The position numbers and the translations under genes are program-made. A stretch of DNA of 56,923 bases from a virus. Taxonomy: Duplodnaviria; Caudoviricetes. Below, piece by piece: positions 54,061-56,923 of this stretch. The notes under the pieces were generated by a model. The model did not search any database and was not told the DNA's origin. It saw nothing but the letters and a program-made list of their open reading frames with translations. The stretch is taken from positions 1-56,923 of IMG/VR virus record IMGVR_UViG_3300018914_000073. One strand, given 5' to 3'. Position 1 is the first letter of the stretch; every line of letters starts with the position of its first letter.

Positions 54061-54689
54061 CCGACCGCCCCATCATCTTCTCCGCGCCGATGGTCCGCGC
54101 GCTCCTCGAAGGGCGCAAGACACAGACGCGCCGGATCATCAAGCCGCGCCGGAGGCGTCCGAGCCTTTTCGATGGAACATGGTCTGACAGCTACGTCCTA
54201 GACCCCGCCAATGCATCTTGGCGTGCGCAGGACGTGCGCTATGAACCGGGCGACCGTCTTTGGGTGCGGGAGTCCCATTACGTCTGGAGTGCAGGCAATC
54301 AAGACGGGAGCGGTCAGCGGATCGACTATATGGCAACAGAGCCGGACAGCCCCTGTGGCGGTTGGACGCCTTCGATCCACATGCCACGCTGGGCCTCGCG
54401 TCTTACGCTGATTATTACCAGCGTGAAGGTCGAGCGCCTGCAAGACATCAGCGAGCAGGATGCGATCGCAGAGGGAATCGAACGCGCGGGCGATATCGCA
54501 GGCCAGCTCGGATGGAAGCACTATCCAGACGGCTCTCCGGCAGGTGGATGGCTCGATCCTCGCGAGAGCTTCCGGTCACTCTGGAACTCCATCAACGGCA
54601 CCGGGGCTTGGGACACTGACCCTTGGGTCGTAGCCCTCTCCTTCACCGTCCACAAAGGCAACATCGACAGCTTGGAGGGGCAGCCATGA
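54057..54689 (+). CDS. ASCH/PUA-like phage protein
   Basis: PIIFSAPMVRALLEGRKTQTRR, GDRLWVRE, PSIHMPRWASR, VERLQDISE.DAIAEG, DPWV. Confidence 0.8.
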   Translation: MTDRPIIFSAPMVRALLEGRKTQTRRIIKPRRRRPSLFDGTWSDSYVLDPANASWRAQDVRYEPGDRLWVRESHYVWSAGNQDGSGQRIDYMATEPDSPCGGWTPSIHMPRWASRLTLIITSVKVERLQDISEQDAIAEGIERAGDIAGQLGWKHYPDGSPAGGWLDPRESFRSLWNSINGTGAWDTDPWVVALSFTVHKGNIDSLEGQP

Positions 54690-54697
54690 CGGCTGCT

Positions 54698-54955
54698 TCA
54701 AACGTCCACCAGTTCGTATTGGGTCACGAACTTGCGCCAGGCCCTGTATGCGAGTTCCTCGAACCAACCGTTGTCATCGGTTCCGCCAATGTCAGGGCCG
54801 AGGGTCCAAACCTTCGTCTCGGGATCTCGAATGAACCCGATTCCACCGTGCTCGCGCCTCCTAGGTCCGAGGCGCTGGTCCGCTCCTGGCGCCTTCCCAA
54901 TCTCCTCGATGAAAACCTTTCGAAGGTCATAGCGGTGGATTTGCGTCTTGATCAT
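54698..54955 (-). CDS. Hypothetical protein; inverted cargo gene
   Basis: AAGGGG RBS then ATG (MIKTQ...); flanked by the direct repeat GCAGCCATGAC. Confidence 0.55.
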   Translation of the reverse strand: MIKTQIHRYDLRKVFIEEIGKAPGADQRLGPRRREHGGIGFIRDPETKVWTLGPDIGGTDDNGWFEELAYRAWRKFVTQYELVDV

Positions 54956-55056
54956 AGCGGTCCCCTTAATGTCGAAGACCATTCCGGCTCCTTATGCCTT
55001 TCCACTGGCTTAACAAACGGGCGCCGCCCTTTAGTTCCTGTGGGAAAGGTGCAGCC

Positions 55057-55293
55057 ATGACAGCCCGGATTACCTGCTGTGTCCCATTCTGCCGGCGGAC
55101 CTGCAGGAATGAGAAGGGCTGGCAGGAATGGATCTGCCAAAAGCACTGGAGCCAAGTCCCGAAACGGCTCCGGCGCGTCCATACCCGCATTCTCCGGCTG
55201 GAGCGGATGGGGCAACCGGTCCCTGCCCTCCGGGCGGGCAGGATCTGGGCCCGCGTGAAGCGGGCTGCCGTTGAAGCTGCCGCAGGGATTTGA
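55057..55293 (+). CDS. Cys/His-rich hypothetical protein
   Basis: CCVPFCRRT...EWICQKHW. Confidence 0.6.
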   Translation: MTARITCCVPFCRRTCRNEKGWQEWICQKHWSQVPKRLRRVHTRILRLERMGQPVPALRAGRIWARVKRAAVEAAAGI

Positions 55294-55296
55294 GGC

Positions 55297-55614
55297 ATGC
55301 GCGCGATCACACCACCCTCAGCCCCCTCCATCCGTTTCCGGGTCGAGCCGGGAGACGTGCCGCCCGAGAAGGCAGCCCGCCGGCTGCACCTGACGCTGGC
55401 CGAATTTACCCGCCTCCTGCCCGATCTTAGGAGGCGCGGATTTCCGGACGCTGACCCAACCACAGGTATGTATGACCTCGAGGCCATCGACGAATGGCGC
55501 CGGAATCGGTGGCGGAAGGAGGGCTTGACCCTCGGCCCCCCCACCCAGCAGGCTTCGGCCATGGGCATGTCGGAGCGGTTCAATGCGGCCAAGAATGGGA
55601 ACAGGAATGGTTGA
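55297..55614 (+). CDS. Putative excisionase / HTH protein
   Basis: KAARRLHLT...RGFP..DP.TGMYDL.AIDEW; directly upstream of the integrase. Confidence 0.65.
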   Translation: MRAITPPSAPSIRFRVEPGDVPPEKAARRLHLTLAEFTRLLPDLRRRGFPDADPTTGMYDLEAIDEWRRNRWRKEGLTLGPPTQQASAMGMSERFNAAKNGNRNG

Positions 55615-56923
55615 TCTGCCCCGCTACGTCAGAGCTCGTCCGAAGCCAAATGGCCGAACGTTCTACTACTACGAGCGGCATCGGGGCACGCCGCGGGCTT
55701 GGCCGCGCCTTTCCCTACCGTTTCATCCTCAGGCGCCAGAATTCTGGCTTCGGTGCAGGCAATGCGAGCGGCTGGACGCCAATCGGAACGATGACGGTAC
55801 ATGGGCCTGGGCTTGGCTGTCCGATACCGGCCGGCGCTATGTGTTGCCTGATCCGAAGGGCGACGCCGGCATCGATGCTTTTTGGAAGGCCATCGATAAG
55901 GCAGAGGCGGCCGACGCTGGCTACCTTGCCGGGGTCAACAAGACATTCAGGGCGCTCATCGAGCAATACAAGGAGCACGCGGACTATCTGAAACTCTCTG
56001 CCTCAGCCAAGGGCGATTACGACCGGTACCTCAACGTCGTTCTGAAGGCCTGGGGCGACGATCCGGTCAACGAGCTCACGGCCGAGATCGCGCAGGCCGC
56101 GATCGACACCTACCAGAACGCACCGGCCTCCGGCCGCTATTTCCGCTCTGTCCTGTCGAAGCTCGTGGCTTTCGGCATTCCCCGCGGCTACTCCGACAGC
56201 AACCCTGTCGAGCACACCGAGAACATCAACTACGATAAGCAACCCTACAAGCCTTGGCCGGATTGGGCTTTCGAGCTTTTCTTCGAGTTCGCCAGGGTCA
56301 GCCTCCACCTGCCCGTCTACTCCGCCCTGTATACAGGTCAGCGGAAGGTGGATGTAGTGCCGATGCTCAGGCCAAAGCGGGAAGACACCGTCATTGAGCT
56401 GGTCGCCCGCAAGACCAAGGCCAACGTGTGGGTTCCCATCCACTCCGAGTACCGCCAGGTGATTGATGCGACCCGTCTGGTCGGCGCCGATGGCATCCCA
56501 CAGATCGAGCACAGCCGCCTCCATCTGACCGAGGAGGGCGAGCCATGGAGCTACGAGGGATTCGCGACGGCCTGGCAGCGCGATATGACCTTCACCGTCG
56601 ACGAAGCCAAGGCAGAGGCTTCAGGCCTCGACCTGGCGTGGCTCAGGGAGAAGGAAGCAGCCATGAAGCGGCTGCGGGCCGAGGGGCTGGTCTTCCACGG
56701 CCTGCGCAAGAACGCCGTGAACATGCTTCTTGAGGTCGGATGTACCGAGGCCGAGGTCGCCGCGATCGTCGAGATGAGCGAGCAGATGGTGCGCCACTAC
56801 TCGAAGGACGTGAACAAGCGCAGGTTGGCAGTCAACGCGATGAAGAAGCTCGAAGCCGGCTGGGCCGACACCCGCAAACAGCTCTTCGGCGGCACGGTCC
56901 ATCGCCTCGTCAAGAACAGCTGA
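55607..56923 (+). CDS. int: Tyrosine recombinase phage integrase
   Basis: LYTGQR, KT, FHGLRK, MVRHY catalytic motifs. Confidence 0.92.
   Translation: MVDLPRYVRARPKPNGRTFYYYERHRGTPRAWPRLSLPFHPQAPEFWLRCRQCERLDANRNDDGTWAWAWLSDTGRRYVLPDPKGDAGIDAFWKAIDKAEAADAGYLAGVNKTFRALIEQYKEHADYLKLSASAKGDYDRYLNVVLKAWGDDPVNELTAEIAQAAIDTYQNAPASGRYFRSVLSKLVAFGIPRGYSDSNPVEHTENINYDKQPYKPWPDWAFELFFEFARVSLHLPVYSALYTGQRKVDVVPMLRPKREDTVIELVARKTKANVWVPIHSEYRQVIDATRLVGADGIPQIEHSRLHLTEEGEPWSYEGFATAWQRDMTFTVDEAKAEASGLDLAWLREKEAAMKRLRAEGLVFHGLRKNAVNMLLEVGCTEAEVAAIVEMSEQMVRHYSKDVNKRRLAVNAMKKLEAGWADTRKQLFGGTVHRLVKNS

Larger units (their letters stand above)
2095..56923. mobile_element. Temperate prophage with lambda-like head and Mu-like contractile tail, integrated at tRNA-Lys; the other att site is expected just beyond the window
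   Basis: att-like tRNA fragment at left, integrase at right, ordered lysis/tail/head/packaging/replication/immunity modules between. Confidence 0.93.

Noticed and set aside
30533-55247. Self-targets of the array (single 9-mer hits near 30533, 50268 and 55239)
   Set aside because: The adjacent 9 nt do not match the partner spacer and single 9-mers are expected by chance; my search by eye was not exhaustive

Overview
Positions ~2095-56923 are an apparently near-complete temperate prophage in a GC-rich genome, probably alphaproteobacterial (GTTC-N7-GTTC SOS boxes, GapR-like gene). The left end is the 3' half of a tRNA-Lys(CTT), a likely att core, and the right end is a tyrosine integrase. It combines a lambda-like head (Nu1/GpA terminase, portal, S49 protease, D, E) with a Mu-like contractile tail (sheath, tube, frameshifted chaperone, tape measure, baseplate, PAAR). 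It also carries lysis genes, a primase/helicase module, a cI/cro switch and cargo genes (OLD-family nuclease, higBA, PhyH dioxygenase, lipoprotein, thermonuclease). The main finding is at 45750-47791, at the start of the rightward early operon: a TIGR-Tas-like RNA-guided locus. A gene for an IS110/Nop-domain protein with no recognisable nuclease domain (TasA-like) contains, inside its own reading frame, nine ~72-nt dual-spacer stem-loop units: small hairpin, stem, CCA, 9 nt, YG-N4-CCA, 9 nt, YG, stem. A tenth unit lies in its 3' end, and an uncharacterised partner gene is coupled upstream. A second pattern is that three inverted cargo insertions are each spanned by an antisense ORF whose start and stop overlap the flanking phage genes. 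All assignments come from reading motifs and synteny by eye; no database searches were run.
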